Below, piece after piece: positions 38,308 to 47,262 of a DNA stretch of 64,000 nucleotides; the first letter of the stretch is position 1; each line of letters begins with the position of its first letter. A program made the translations under genes and the position numbers. Source of the DNA: a virus; IMG/VR virus record IMGVR_UViG_3300021957_000009, positions 37,047 to 101,046 of that record; one strand, written 5' to 3'. Under the pieces are notes generated by a model. The model had not been told where the DNA came from, made no database searches, and saw only the letters and a program-made list of their open reading frames with translations.

Positions 38308-38609
38308 GATTTATACCTGTCGTCTAGTTCTGGATGTTCTTTACAATGCATCATTAAGATCATTAATTGTGTTGCAGCATGAGACAGATGAGTTTTACCA
38401 GATTCTGGATCTAGGTCTTCACCTGCATGCCATGCGTTAAGATGTCTTTGAATTGATGAATAAGTTCGTAGCTTACTGGTTGAATCGCCGTCATCACGCC
38501 AGTTGTTTACACCATACTTTTCAGCGCCGAAGCCAAAGACTTCTGCGATTTCTAATAATGCTTCTGGTGGTATTAAAGCTAATGGAGCTTTGCCTTCATC
38601 GAATTTCAT
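38304..38609 (-). CDS. dNTP diphosphohydrolase-like protein (DUF5664-type)
   Basis: KFDEGK..LIP..FGAEKY..NW..RHL..GEDLDPESG..HL.HA. Confidence 0.85.
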   Translation of the reverse strand: MKFDEGKAPLALIPPEALLEIAEVFGFGAEKYGVNNWRDDGDSTSKLRTYSSIQRHLNAWHAGEDLDPESGKTHLSHAATQLMILMMHCKEHPELDDRYKS

Positions 38610-38638
38610 AATAATGCCTTTTTGATTTTGATATGGTT

Positions 38639-38667
38639 ATTATAACACAAGTAACTTAGAATGTACA
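38639..38667 (-). promoter_or_regulatory. Early promoter TGTACA-N17-TATAAT heading the modification operon
   Basis: Exact motif. Confidence 0.8.
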
Positions 38668-38679
38668 CACTTTTTTTAA

Positions 38680-39144
38680 TTATTTTAATGGAAATTTAAA
38701 CCTTTGTTTACCATCTACATATTCTAGATTGTCTACAGCTTCTTTCGCGTCGACAACCCCTAAAATTTCGTATGATACTGGTGTATTTTCATTTAAATCT
38801 GGAGCAAAATTATTAGGCAACCATTTCCAGATGACTAGTTTTTGTGTGTGGCCTGACAAAATTGATCTTTTTATAAATGGAGAAATATGTACACCAGACT
38901 TAGCATATTGTTTATAATCTAATGTAACATTATCAACAAGATGCATTGTGTCATACCGCATCTCTCCGTCCTTAGATAAAACTTGGTTTGGATCCATACT
39001 AGCCTGATCATGTTCAGGAAATTCACAGTTTGCTCCACGAATTCCTGCATCTAAGTGTTCTACCATTTTATCCCTACGAGCTATAAACTCCGGAGTAACT
39101 ATAGCGCTATAACATCCTTTGAGATCTTCAAGCTTCATATACAA
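38680..39144 (-). CDS. Hypothetical protein (possible PD-(D/E)xK-like nuclease)
   Basis: CEF..YD..LDYK spacing, weak. Confidence 0.55.
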   Translation of the reverse strand: MYMKLEDLKGCYSAIVTPEFIARRDKMVEHLDAGIRGANCEFPEHDQASMDPNQVLSKDGEMRYDTMHLVDNVTLDYKQYAKSGVHISPFIKRSILSGHTQKLVIWKWLPNNFAPDLNENTPVSYEILGVVDAKEAVDNLEYVDGKQRFKFPLK

Positions 39145-39544
39145 TACCTTGCTCGTTTAATGCTTTTCTATTTTCCAAATGGTGCCTTTCAGTCTCGTCT
39201 TTGTTACCACCATAATATGGAACAGCATGATTGTTATTAATCATAGTTTGATTAACTGAAGTTTCTAATCCGTCTATAAAGAGTTCACCTAAAATTCTAC
39301 CGAACTTACCTTTGTCATGAGACACTAGTTGAATCTTTTGATCTTTTAATAAACTCTCTAAAAAGTACTTTGATTGCTTACCATAGAATTTCTCTTCTAA
39401 ATCCCTAGTTCTAGATTCAGGAGTATCGATTGCCATCATTCTCACTCTTTGCTTTTTTAGAACCGTACTAAACCCTAGGTCGACATCTACATCAACGGTA
39501 TCTCCGTCAACAACTCTTGTAATATAAACTCTGTACCTATACAC
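39128..39544 (-). CDS. Staphylococcal nuclease (SNase)-like protein
   Basis: RVVDGDT, IDTPE, GKFGRILG. Confidence 0.88.
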   Translation of the reverse strand: MYRYRVYITRVVDGDTVDVDVDLGFSTVLKKQRVRMMAIDTPESRTRDLEEKFYGKQSKYFLESLLKDQKIQLVSHDKGKFGRILGELFIDGLETSVNQTMINNNHAVPYYGGNKDETERHHLENRKALNEQGIVYEA

Positions 39545-39803
39545 TTATTACCGCCTTGATATGTTCAACATCAATAATTCCTGCTGCGGTTCCGTCATAG
39601 TCAATCGGCATTACTTTCGTCCAATCAAGAAATACTCTATCTCCTGACATAACCTTACCGAGTGCGCCTCCGCTTACTTCCAACACTAAAGCAGGTTTTG
39701 AACCCTTCGTAGTATCTCCAGTAAGAATAATACCACCTGCTGTAGTTTCTTCTTTTTCAGTTGCTGTTACTAAGACTTCATTGTGTAACATTTTAATCGC
39801 CAT
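39537..39803 (-). CDS. groES: GroES-like co-chaperonin
   Basis: EETTAGGIIL mobile loop, GDRV. Confidence 0.85.
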   Translation of the reverse strand: MAIKMLHNEVLVTATEKEETTAGGIILTGDTTKGSKPALVLEVSGGALGKVMSGDRVFLDWTKVMPIDYDGTAAGIIDVEHIKAVISV

Positions 39804-39812
39804 TTTTTTCTC

Positions 39813-40730
39813 CTATATATTATTTCGAAAGACAAAATCAATTGCTCTTTCTGCTTCTTTTACCATATCCCGTTTACCATACCATCCACCGGTGTCATTG
39901 TCCAAGTCTGAACAAATCCAGGCAATTTCTTTTGCTGAGATGGGATAACCTCTCTGCATTGCGTTGCCTGCGGTAGAAACCATAATTTTGTACATTTGTA
40001 AATACCAGCCAGAGCCAGTAATTTTTTTGTAATCTTCGATTTGCTTTTTGTTTACAAAAGGGCAGTCTTTATATCCTGTCCATGAAAAGTCAGTGTTGTT
40101 GAGTTTTTCCTGTCGATGTTGTATAAGACTCCTTTTAATAGAGTCTGGTAGCTTATCGAAAAACGATTCATTTGATACGACGTATCTGTGTCGTTCCATG
40201 AGTTCATTCGGATCCATGGTAATTCCATCGTGTGTGAATATGAAGTTGTACGACCCTTTGTATCTTGAAGGGACGTAGTACATTCTGCTAAGATCTTTTG
40301 TTTGAGCATCTGCGATGTCTCCTATTTCTTTATTAAGTGCGAACCAGAAATGTTTGATTTTATCGGCATCAACATATTGTGTCAATGGAAATACTAATCT
40401 AAACTTTGGATGCGCTTTAGTTGAGCTTGCTGTCGAATAGCAAACGTATTTGTATTTAGAATACTTCTCATGAATATCATCAATAGATCCTTCATAATCA
40501 TCGACATCGACAATGCCGAAACCACCCCAACTAATAACATTTGCATTAGCTCGAGTGGTTTCGGTCTTATATGTGGCCGGTGATATTAAAGGAGCATCAG
40601 CTTTTTTCTGATACTTATCACTATTGGCCAATTTGTATAATACTTTTTCAAAGTCATCAAACGAATTATAATCAACGCGCTTGACAGTTTTGTTATCGTA
40701 TATACTATCGAATATCGTTAAAGATACCAT
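39813..40730 (-). CDS. Archaeo-eukaryotic-type primase (AEP) with helical C-terminal domain
   Basis: hhDVD, YSTAS..PKFRLVFPL, D...KD.SRMYYVP motifs. Confidence 0.75.
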   Translation of the reverse strand: MVSLTIFDSIYDNKTVKRVDYNSFDDFEKVLYKLANSDKYQKKADAPLISPATYKTETTRANANVISWGGFGIVDVDDYEGSIDDIHEKYSKYKYVCYSTASSTKAHPKFRLVFPLTQYVDADKIKHFWFALNKEIGDIADAQTKDLSRMYYVPSRYKGSYNFIFTHDGITMDPNELMERHRYVVSNESFFDKLPDSIKRSLIQHRQEKLNNTDFSWTGYKDCPFVNKKQIEDYKKITGSGWYLQMYKIMVSTAGNAMQRGYPISAKEIAWICSDLDNDTGGWYGKRDMVKEAERAIDFVFRNNI

Positions 40731-41118
40731 GGTTACCTTCATGAGATGGAGCTTTCCAACCTTCAGGTTTCATGAGGTCTGGAAGTCCCAGTGGATTTGG
40801 TCGACCTTCTTTTACGCCAACATTTTTTGTCATATTAGCTTTAAGAACTTCATCCCAAGCTTTATACGCATCAACACCAAAAGCATCAAGCGTTCCGATT
40901 GCTACAACACATAGATCGATTAAACCATCAACGATTTCTTCACCATCCATTGTTTCGTACGCAGTTTTGGTTTCGTCTAGTTCTTCTTGTAAGAAGTCAA
41001 TACGAAACTTTAAAAACTTTTTAAGCTTTTCGGTATCTGTTTTATTATCGAATACCCAATCAAGAGTTCCGAATTTATCTTGCATCTTTTCGATGTCTTC
41101 TACCCAGTTTTGGCTCAT
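40705..41118 (-). CDS. MazG-like NTP pyrophosphohydrolase
   Basis: EELDE..EIVDGLID, ANMTK, KPEGW. Confidence 0.85.
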   Translation of the reverse strand: MSQNWVEDIEKMQDKFGTLDWVFDNKTDTEKLKKFLKFRIDFLQEELDETKTAYETMDGEEIVDGLIDLCVVAIGTLDAFGVDAYKAWDEVLKANMTKNVGVKEGRPNPLGLPDLMKPEGWKAPSHEGNHGIFNDIR

Positions 41119-41390
41119 ACTATAATTCCTTGTTTTGGTGGAGTTACGATACCGCTAGTCATAGATCTAACTTGATCTACTATTTCATCAACCGGATCTA
41201 CAATCATGACTACGAATTCTTTACTAATTTGGAATTCTTTATCTTTTGCATAAGCCATAAAAGGAATAAATCCGATTTTACCAGGCTCGGTAGCTATCAT
41301 TGAAAAACCATCAGTTATAGTAACTGAGTTTTCTGTTTCTTTGACCTTACAAATGACTTCATCACCCGTTGTCAGTCTTACTATTTTCAT
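41115..41390 (-). CDS. Conserved T4-like hypothetical (Sm-like fold)
   Basis: IVRLTTGDEVI..SGIVTP. Confidence 0.7.
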   Translation of the reverse strand: MKIVRLTTGDEVICKVKETENSVTITDGFSMIATEPGKIGFIPFMAYAKDKEFQISKEFVVMIVDPVDEIVDQVRSMTSGIVTPPKQGIIV

Positions 41391-41413
41391 ATTTTTTCTC
41401 CTGTATGTGGTAT

Positions 41414-41442
41414 ATTATAACACGACTTTAATGGTTTGTACA
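41414..41442 (-). promoter_or_regulatory. Early promoter TGTACA-N17-TATAAT
   Basis: Exact motif. Confidence 0.8.
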
Positions 41443-41450
41443 CAGTTATT

Positions 41451-43967
41451 TTAAAAGAATTCATCGAGTGTCGCGATCTCTTTGGAATTCCATCCAACAG
41501 CCGATAAAATCGGGTCAATAACATCCAAGAATGTTTTGTTGAATTGTGTATCGTAATCAATATAGCGATGTAGACCAAACTCCTCTGGAAGGTAATCTAA
41601 GAAAGAAATTACATTTTCCTTGATGTGATTTGGAGTTCGCAAGTATATAAACTTGATCTTCTCGCCATTTTGAATTTTGTTGTATTGCTTATCTAGGGAA
41701 AGATCCTTTAGCATCTTATTGTATAAGATACCGCCACGTGCGTGGATAGGAGTTCCTTTTCGATAGATTGTTTGTTTGTCTTTAAATTGAGTTAGATTTG
41801 TAATACCACGTGGGAATGCAATCTGATCTGGTGACAAAGTTTTAAAATATGTTCGGAACGATTCGATGTTGTTTTGTACATCACGTTCGGTTCCACCAAT
41901 AATAGTCTTAAACATTTCCTTTAGAGCTTCGCGGCATGGTGCAGGAGTTGAAGACTTAATAGCTTCGATACCCATAATTTTTAGCTTAGGTTCTGCGTAA
42001 CGAACACCTTCGTTGTCAAGTACATTTAGGATATAACGTTTCTTGGCAGTCCAAATACCACGGTCAGCAATAGCTTCACGTTTCATCACCATACGATTTT
42101 CAATACCACCCATGATATCAAACAAATCACCATAAGATTTTTCTAGAACATCTTCAAGCTTTTCTTTGCAAACAGTATCGACAAACTCTAATGGATTTTT
42201 TGGGTTAACAGCAGATACAAGATCATCTAAGCAAACATACACTGAATCGGTGTCGATCGCAAGAACATAGTCTTTCTTAGTTTTAAGCACTGAGTTAAGG
42301 TAAGTGTTAATTGCCTTTTCGGCCCATCGAATTGTGAGCTGTCCAGTAAGTGTAATTCCTTCTGCGATTCGCTGATCGAAGAATCTGAAGTACTTGTTGC
42401 CGAGAGCACCATAAAGAGAATTAAGGAGAATCTTAATAGACATTTGCTGATTCTCTGCGATCGCAATATCACGCTGAACTCGATATAATTCCTGTTTGTC
42501 ATTTTTGTCAATCCTTTCAAGTTCTTTTTGAGACGCGATCATTTGTCGTTTAATGACAACACGCTCGCTATACATTTCATCGATAATCTTTGGCAGAATA
42601 CCTTGCTCATCAGTTTTAAAATACTGACCTGATGCGGAAGCACATTCATTAGCATCGAGTCTAGGTTTAATTTCTCCAGAAAGAAGATTATCAACGTTAA
42701 CATTAGCAACTTTGCCTGGAATAATAGTTTCCGGTGACATGTTATTTTGCATAATGATGGATGGATATAGTGAGTTTAAATCAAAAGAAACTACCCATTT
42801 GTGCATTCCAACATGTGGATCTTTAACATAACCACCAGGATATGGAGTTTTAAACTTCTCTTCGGCAAATGGAATTATAACTTGATTCGCATATAGATTA
42901 CGAAATATGATAGCATCCCATATTGCAGTAGTACCCATGACATCGCTGTAGTTTACACCACCACGATACGCCATTGTGAGTGCCAATGTAATAAGGCCCA
43001 TCTTATCTTCGAAACGATCTACTAGATCTACGTCTTTAATGTTATAATCAATAAACTTTTGATGATCATGCTTATATAAAGTATGCAAATTGCCGTGCTC
43101 TTCATAACTTAGTTTCTTCTCACCAAGAACTACTGATGCAATATGATCTAGTTTGTATGTTTCTTGTGGACCATAAGAGTAACCGAACTTTTTAAACAAG
43201 TCTAGATAATCCATTTGAGCAATGCCCTGAATTTCATATGCCATTTGTTTACGTTGCATTGTTGTAATATCGCGACGGTCAATTAATCCCCATGGAGATA
43301 ATCTGCGAACAAACTCTTCACCGTGGATTTTTATGATTCGATTTACAATGTAAGGTATATCAAAGAAGCGTGAATTCCAACCGGTAATTACGTCTGGACA
43401 TTGCGATGGTAAAGACCAATGTGCAATAAATTCAAGTAAAAGTTCTGATTCGGTTTTGCAGTGTTTATAGACCACACGATTTTCTTGCATGATACTATTT
43501 TCTACATCATAGTCTTTAAGACCCCACACATAAAATGTGTTGTCAATATTGTTTTTCATACAGATAGCTGTAATTTCGTGAGCTGCTTGTTCTGGCTCTG
43601 GAAAACCTGCATCTGATTGCACCTCGATATCGATCGTAGATACATTAATTTGGTTTCTATCAAAAGCGATTTCACCTGGAAATTCGTCGTTGATAAAAGC
43701 AGGAATATGTTTGTTATTGCCGTAGATGTGTCTACCGACAACTTGAGAATTTACCTGTAACCATTCTTTCGCGTCGCGCATAGAATCAAAATTGATTGGA
43801 GATACATTAGCTCCATCGAGTGATTTCCAGTTAGAAGGTTTTGCCGTACTTACAAAATAAGTAGGTTGGTATTTAATTTTTGTTTGTATTTTTTTACCGT
43901 TTTTATAACCACGATATAGCAATGAATTGCCATAACGAGAAACGTTAGTGTAAAATTTTGTGTTCAT
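41451..43967 (-). CDS. 43: Family B DNA polymerase gp43
   Basis: DIE exo I, FDIPY, SFDLNSLYP, KILLNSLYG, DTDS, C-terminal LDEFF clamp-binding tail. Confidence 0.97.
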   Translation of the reverse strand: MNTKFYTNVSRYGNSLLYRGYKNGKKIQTKIKYQPTYFVSTAKPSNWKSLDGANVSPINFDSMRDAKEWLQVNSQVVGRHIYGNNKHIPAFINDEFPGEIAFDRNQINVSTIDIEVQSDAGFPEPEQAAHEITAICMKNNIDNTFYVWGLKDYDVENSIMQENRVVYKHCKTESELLLEFIAHWSLPSQCPDVITGWNSRFFDIPYIVNRIIKIHGEEFVRRLSPWGLIDRRDITTMQRKQMAYEIQGIAQMDYLDLFKKFGYSYGPQETYKLDHIASVVLGEKKLSYEEHGNLHTLYKHDHQKFIDYNIKDVDLVDRFEDKMGLITLALTMAYRGGVNYSDVMGTTAIWDAIIFRNLYANQVIIPFAEEKFKTPYPGGYVKDPHVGMHKWVVSFDLNSLYPSIIMQNNMSPETIIPGKVANVNVDNLLSGEIKPRLDANECASASGQYFKTDEQGILPKIIDEMYSERVVIKRQMIASQKELERIDKNDKQELYRVQRDIAIAENQQMSIKILLNSLYGALGNKYFRFFDQRIAEGITLTGQLTIRWAEKAINTYLNSVLKTKKDYVLAIDTDSVYVCLDDLVSAVNPKNPLEFVDTVCKEKLEDVLEKSYGDLFDIMGGIENRMVMKREAIADRGIWTAKKRYILNVLDNEGVRYAEPKLKIMGIEAIKSSTPAPCREALKEMFKTIIGGTERDVQNNIESFRTYFKTLSPDQIAFPRGITNLTQFKDKQTIYRKGTPIHARGGILYNKMLKDLSLDKQYNKIQNGEKIKFIYLRTPNHIKENVISFLDYLPEEFGLHRYIDYDTQFNKTFLDVIDPILSAVGWNSKEIATLDEFF

Positions 43968-43997
43968 AGTATAACCATATCAATTTTATATGTACAT

Positions 43998-44026
43998 ATT
44001 ATATCATATTTTAAACATGTTGTACA
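43998..44026 (-). promoter_or_regulatory. Early promoter TGTACA-N17-TATAAT (gp43)
   Basis: Exact motif. Confidence 0.8.
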
Positions 44027-44109
44027 CTTTTATGTACGAAAAAATGTAAAAATGTTGCACTTTTATGTACGAAAAAGTGCCGAGGTACTACACTTTTATG
44101 TAGGAAAAT
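44025..44109. repeat. Three direct repeats CACTTTTATGTA(C/G)GAAAA at 33-bp period
   Basis: Copies start at 44025, 44058, 44091. Confidence 0.9.
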
Positions 44110-44130
44110 TGGGAGAGATCACTCTCTCCC
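44105..44130 (-). terminator. Probable intrinsic terminator
   Basis: GGGAGAGA-GTGA-TCTCTCCC stem followed by AATTTT. Confidence 0.65.
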
Positions 44131-44142
44131 GCTCCGATTCCT

Positions 44143-44262
44143 TTAGAATGAATTCAGCTGCAAATAAATTATAACGGGTGAAATTGCTAAAATTCCACAC
44201 ATTAAAAATATAAGTTCGAATCCAGTCCTAATGCCATCTTTGTGTTTACGTATGTAACCCAT
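44143..44262 (-). CDS. Small membrane peptide (39 aa, MGYIRKHKDG...), not in ORF track
   Basis: Manual translation; GGAG RBS; single TM. Confidence 0.65.
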   Translation of the reverse strand: MGYIRKHKDGIRTGFELIFLMCGILAISPVIIYLQLNSF

Positions 44263-44321
44263 GATTTGACTCCAGTAAATTGATTATTACAATCCACTGA
44301 GTTTTCGCTGCTCACCGGAAT

Positions 44322-44777
44322 CTATTCTTGAATAAATTCCTTCTTCTTTGATGCCCCAGCAGACCCGATTTCGATCTTTCTAGGACGCCTCTCTTCTGGA
44401 ACTTCAACCCTGGCATTCACCACAAGTATCCCATTCACAAGTTCGGCCCCGTCTATTACGACAAATTCAGAGAGTCGAAAGGACTTCTCAAATTTGCGGG
44501 ATGAAATCCCTTTGTGTGCGTATTCACGATCATCATCATCAGAATTTTGACCTTTAATTAATAGAATACCATCCTTTACTTCTACAGAAATGTCTTCTTC
44601 CGAAAATCCTGCAACAGCAAGTTCGATATTGAAGTTATCGTTATCGACCTTTACAACGTTATGTGGGGGATAGTTGTCTTGAGATCTTCCAGCTGAGTGG
44701 ATTCTTTCAAGTTCATTTAATATTGGATCAAATCCAATGAATAGTGAACGCGGTACGTTCATAGTATTTCTTACCAT
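44322..44777 (-). CDS. hsp20: Small heat-shock protein Hsp20
   Basis: YPPHN, IELAVAGF, HKGIS.R.F, NGIL, PRKIEI; AGGAG RBS. Confidence 0.93.
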   Translation of the reverse strand: MVRNTMNVPRSLFIGFDPILNELERIHSAGRSQDNYPPHNVVKVDNDNFNIELAVAGFSEEDISVEVKDGILLIKGQNSDDDDREYAHKGISSRKFEKSFRLSEFVVIDGAELVNGILVVNARVEVPEERRPRKIEIGSAGASKKKEFIQE

Positions 44778-44838
44778 TTTGTTTCTCCTATTTAAAGCAA
44801 GATTAATATGTGGACCCGACCAATTCGGCATCCACATT

Positions 44839-44846
44839 TATTTATA
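44839..44846 (-). promoter_or_regulatory. Late promoter TATAAATA (hsp20)
   Basis: Exact consensus. Confidence 0.75.
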
Positions 44847-44934
44847 CAACTCTCGTTGCTAGTTTAAACATTTTTTGCAAACTTTATTTAGTCTGCCGGA
44901 CTTCATAAACTTATGAAATGTAGTCCATGCTTTT

Positions 44935-45369
44935 TTAAGTTTTTTCTCCATTATTACTATTTCCTATATTGTATTTAGGACATAGTTGCCATTCTGTTTT
45001 TTCCTTAAATGGAATTACTTTAATCTGTCTTAACGGTGCAATATCTTTAGCTTGATCGGCGGTAACAAAAGTTACGAGTCCCCAATCTGCCAGCAATGTA
45101 GCAATTGTATTCCTACGCTGGATATCGTTCAACATTAGATTAGAAGGTTTCCCATCTAATAAGAATAACTCTTTAAAGTGCACAATAAAGTATCTTCCTT
45201 GTTTGTGCAATATATGACATGATTGGTATAGCTTTTGATCTTTTCTAGACGCCACACCAATTCTGGTTAATGTTTCTCTTATTTTGAGAAAGTCATCTGG
45301 TTCGTTGAGAGTAATCTCCAACATAGAAGCTGGAGTCCACTGGACTTCAATATTATTTTCGTTTTCCAC
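44935..45369 (-). CDS. regA: Translational repressor RegA
   Basis: DDFLKIRETLTRIG, LYQSCHILHKQG.YFIVHFKE. Confidence 0.95.
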   Translation of the reverse strand: MENENNIEVQWTPASMLEITLNEPDDFLKIRETLTRIGVASRKDQKLYQSCHILHKQGRYFIVHFKELFLLDGKPSNLMLNDIQRRNTIATLLADWGLVTFVTADQAKDIAPLRQIKVIPFKEKTEWQLCPKYNIGNSNNGEKT

Positions 45370-45733
45370 CTTTATACATCCTTAATTTCAATTCGTTAAT
45401 TTGTTCGCCATTTAACAATGACAATACAGATTTAGCTTTTTCATTACTATATCCATAATATTCTTTTATAAGTTCCAAGTTCTCTATGTTGATAGGCTTT
45501 GCCCATTTAGAGAATCTTTTCTTCTTCTTAATTATATTTATAAAAAAATCAAATTGAAGACGATGATCTATATGGTGGTTCACATTCATTTCATTTGCGA
45601 AAAGAATTGTGTCGGGAAAATATGAAAGTCCTCGATTAACCATAAACGATGCGTATGCTTTTTCAGCCACATCATCAACCATTATATCCTTTTTAGTCGT
45701 GTTAATTGCGTTTAGATAATCGAAGGGGCTCAT
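45353..45733 (-). CDS. 62: Clamp loader small subunit gp62
   Basis: FMVNRGLS, KRFSKWAK, YYGYSNEKA; synteny. Confidence 0.9.
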   Translation of the reverse strand: MSPFDYLNAINTTKKDIMVDDVAEKAYASFMVNRGLSYFPDTILFANEMNVNHHIDHRLQFDFFINIIKKKKRFSKWAKPINIENLELIKEYYGYSNEKAKSVLSLLNGEQINELKLRMYKGGKRK

Positions 45734-46665
45734 TTGAATGAAACCCCAGCCATTACCTCAGTAAGACAAGCAACTGTATTAAGTTCGTGATCTGCAACAA
45801 ACGAATTCTTATATTGATAGTCCGCTAGAATAAGTACCAGTTGTGGTATACTCTGAGGATCAATATAGTCATTCATGTTATCGTATATTTTACGATAAAT
45901 TGCTGCAGGTTCAGAATCAATATTGTTACTTACCCACTGACGCATACCTTTAAAGTTCTTCTGCTTCAAGTGGATCATAAGATCATTGAGAGATACCTCC
46001 GATAAAGATACTAAAATGCCTGTGTCAATAGTACCACTACTTCCATAACGCTGAAGCTCATTAAGAACTTTACGCCAATCAGGCATGTGTTTCATTATTA
46101 ATTCAGCAACAACTTTCTCATCATAATCAATACCTTCATCTTTTAGGATGTTAGTACATCTTTTGAGAAATTGCCCACAAAGTGGAGCTGCTTGTTTTTT
46201 AGAAACATTAAACTCAATTGTAGTACAACGAGAATGCAATGGTTCAATGATTCGATTCTTGAAATTGCATGTCAATATAAATCGACAATTATTCGAGAAC
46301 TCTTCAATAAAACCACGCAATGCGGGTTGTGTCGATTGAGCGTTGAGATAATCTGCTTCATCAAGGATAACTACCTTGTAACCACCTTGTAGTGAAACAG
46401 TAGATGCAAACTGCTTAATTTTGTTTCTAAGCGTATCGATGCCAGACTCTTCGGATCCATTGATCAAAAGATAATCCAAGTCAAGTTCATTGCACAAAGC
46501 TTTCGCAACTGTTGTTTTACCTAAGCCGGCTGTCCCGGTAAGAAGCATATTGTGTAGGTCACCTCCTCTAACAATATCTTCAAAAGTTTTCTTGATTGAT
46601 TTCGGTAAAATACAATCTTGAATTTTTTGTGGTCGATATTTTTCAACCCAAAGAAATTCTGACAT
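45730..46665 (-). CDS. 44: Clamp loader large subunit gp44
   Basis: LWVEKYRP, GLGKTT, DEAD, SRC; GGAGG RBS. Confidence 0.95.
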   Translation of the reverse strand: MSEFLWVEKYRPQKIQDCILPKSIKKTFEDIVRGGDLHNMLLTGTAGLGKTTVAKALCNELDLDYLLINGSEESGIDTLRNKIKQFASTVSLQGGYKVVILDEADYLNAQSTQPALRGFIEEFSNNCRFILTCNFKNRIIEPLHSRCTTIEFNVSKKQAAPLCGQFLKRCTNILKDEGIDYDEKVVAELIMKHMPDWRKVLNELQRYGSSGTIDTGILVSLSEVSLNDLMIHLKQKNFKGMRQWVSNNIDSEPAAIYRKIYDNMNDYIDPQSIPQLVLILADYQYKNSFVADHELNTVACLTEVMAGVSFK

Positions 46666-46922
46666 TATAGTACCTCCCAACCAAGAACTGTGTTTACACG
46701 AAACGATCTCCATGCGTCTTTATCCAGAGACCAAACAGCTAAGTGCTCAGTTTCTGAACTAACGTTTTCGATAACAGCTTGTACGCCATTAGCTTTGAGA
46801 ACAGTAGGGTTGAGAGAACAAGGCATGACTCGAACTTCTTCTGAGTCAATCTTTTGAAAGGTCACCGTGACAGTACCTTTCTTTAGCGCTTCGATTAAGC
46901 GTGTTAATTCATTGCGATCCAT
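46665..46922 (-). CDS. Small SH3/WYL-like protein
   Basis: VTF.K..R.M.C.L and AWRSFRV motifs. Confidence 0.7.
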   Translation of the reverse strand: MDRNELTRLIEALKKGTVTVTFQKIDSEEVRVMPCSLNPTVLKANGVQAVIENVSSETEHLAVWSLDKDAWRSFRVNTVLGWEVL

Positions 46923-46945
46923 AATATATCCTTCATAATAAAATT

Positions 46946-46973
46946 AATAAAATGCGAGGGAGCTACCCCCGCA
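46946..46973 (-). terminator. Probable intrinsic terminator
   Basis: TGCGGGGG/CCCTCGCA stem then TTTTATT. Confidence 0.6.
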
Positions 46974-46989
46974 ATAAGCTAGTTCGAAA

Positions 46990-47262
46990 TTAAGCTTCTT
47001 CAGCTTCAACTTCTTCCGGAAGATCGGAACCTGCTGGTACCATACCTTCTGGAGTTTCTTGCCCTTGAGCTTCAGACGCAGCATTTAGAAACGCTACTGT
47101 CTTATTTCTTAGACCACCAACAGCTTCCAACTCAGCGCCTTCAAAACCACCTCTTTTAGAACAGATATCGATAATCTGTACGAAAGTTGAGATGTCTTGT
47201 AGAGACAATTGTGGAGCTTGTTGCTCTTCTGCACCTTCAGGTGCCATTACTTCTTCAGTCAT
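46990..47262 (-). CDS. Acidic hypothetical protein
   Basis: IIDICSKRGGF..EL..VG.LR motif; AAGGAG RBS. Confidence 0.75.
   Translation of the reverse strand: MTEEVMAPEGAEEQQAPQLSLQDISTFVQIIDICSKRGGFEGAELEAVGGLRNKTVAFLNAASEAQGQETPEGMVPAGSDLPEEVEAEEA

Noticed and set aside
38304-38609. Z-genome or 7-deazaguanine system suggested by the DUF5664-type gene
   Set aside because: No PurZ, FolE/QueC/D/E or DpdA recognisable in the window; neighbours indicate pyrimidine modification
44025-44109. Mini-CRISPR interpretation of the three repeats
   Set aside because: 19-nt repeats and 14-nt spacers are too short and there is no cas operon; the exonuclease at 4595 is a common stand-alone T4-like gene
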